In this document: positions 63,669 to 64,000 of the stretch, piece by piece
How positions within the stretch are numbered: position 1 is the stretch's first letter
Layout of the letters: every line of letters starts with the position of its first letter
Source: Microcoleus sp.
GTDB lineage: Bacteria > Cyanobacteriota > Cyanobacteriia > Cyanobacteriales > Microcoleaceae
Assembly (NCBI GenBank): GCA_052279835.1
Contig: CP181291.1
Coordinates: forward strand, 5,056,001 to 5,120,000
Reading direction: 5' to 3'
Length of the DNA stretch: 64,000 nt
Notes under the pieces: model-generated
Databases searched by the model: none
What the model was told of the DNA's origin: nothing
Seen by the model: the letters and a program-made list of their open reading frames with translations, nothing else
Position numbers and translations under genes: made by a program

Positions 63669-64000
63669 ATGAATGTCAATCTCGCTCCCTCACCCGGTTC
63701 TACTCTCAAACCAGAAGCCCAGAATATCTGTGCACTCAAACAAGTCTTCCAGACAATTGATGCCCATAGCTGTCCGGGTTCCTATAACTTCCATATGCAC
63801 ACAGTCTACTCGGATGGACGCTTGCAGCCAGAGGAATTGCTCCAAAAAGCGATCGCCCTTGGTGTCAAAGGCTTAGCTATTACAGACCACCATAGCACCA
63901 AAGGCTACGAAAAAGCTCAAATTTGGTTAGATAATTGGAAATTAGAGCATCCCGATAACAATAGCACCATACCCACTCTGTGGACAGGGGTGGAAATTAA
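63669..64000 (+). CDS. PHP-domain protein, partial at the right edge
   Basis: Manual translation: YNFHMHTVYSDG, LAITDHHS, LWTGVEI; absent from the ORF track. Confidence 0.85.
   Translation, partial: MNVNLAPSPGSTLKPEAQNICALKQVFQTIDAHSCPGSYNFHMHTVYSDGRLQPEELLQKAIALGVKGLAITDHHSTKGYEKAQIWLDNWKLEHPDNNSTIPTLWTGVEI

Overview
Chromosomal window from a filamentous cyanobacterium. The HIP1 octamer GCGATCGC is very frequent, psaE and ndhO are present, and heptamer STRR tracts are common; the repeat families look Oscillatoriales-like (inference). Housekeeping genes include psaE, mutM, ndhO, mdh, acnB, mnmA, nnr, pdhA, ftn2 and dtd. Signalling genes include a DXCF cyanobacteriochrome kinase, a LOV-GGDEF-EAL protein, two more histidine kinases and a Ser/Thr kinase fused to a binding protein. 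An arsenic cluster (arsR-aquaporin-arsH-arsC-arsS-DedA) is also present. The most notable items are: (1) a four-gene SiaABCD-like partner-switch cluster (PP2C phosphatase, Slr1658-like kinase, Slr1659-like STAS protein) whose output enzyme appears to be an adenylate cyclase; (2) three TnpB-family relics, one an ORF-less ~207-bp element that seems to keep only the left end, omegaRNA scaffold and right end, 23 nt upstream of a Crp-family gene; (3) a palindromic C-run/G-run repeat family translated in frame inside several proteins, including a 7x36-bp array in an EAL domain; (4) three disrupted genes, two of them +1 A frameshifts in the same CAGAAACT context that may be sequencing errors. No rRNA, tRNA or CRISPR array was recognised. 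All family assignments come from motif recognition by eye, not from database searches.
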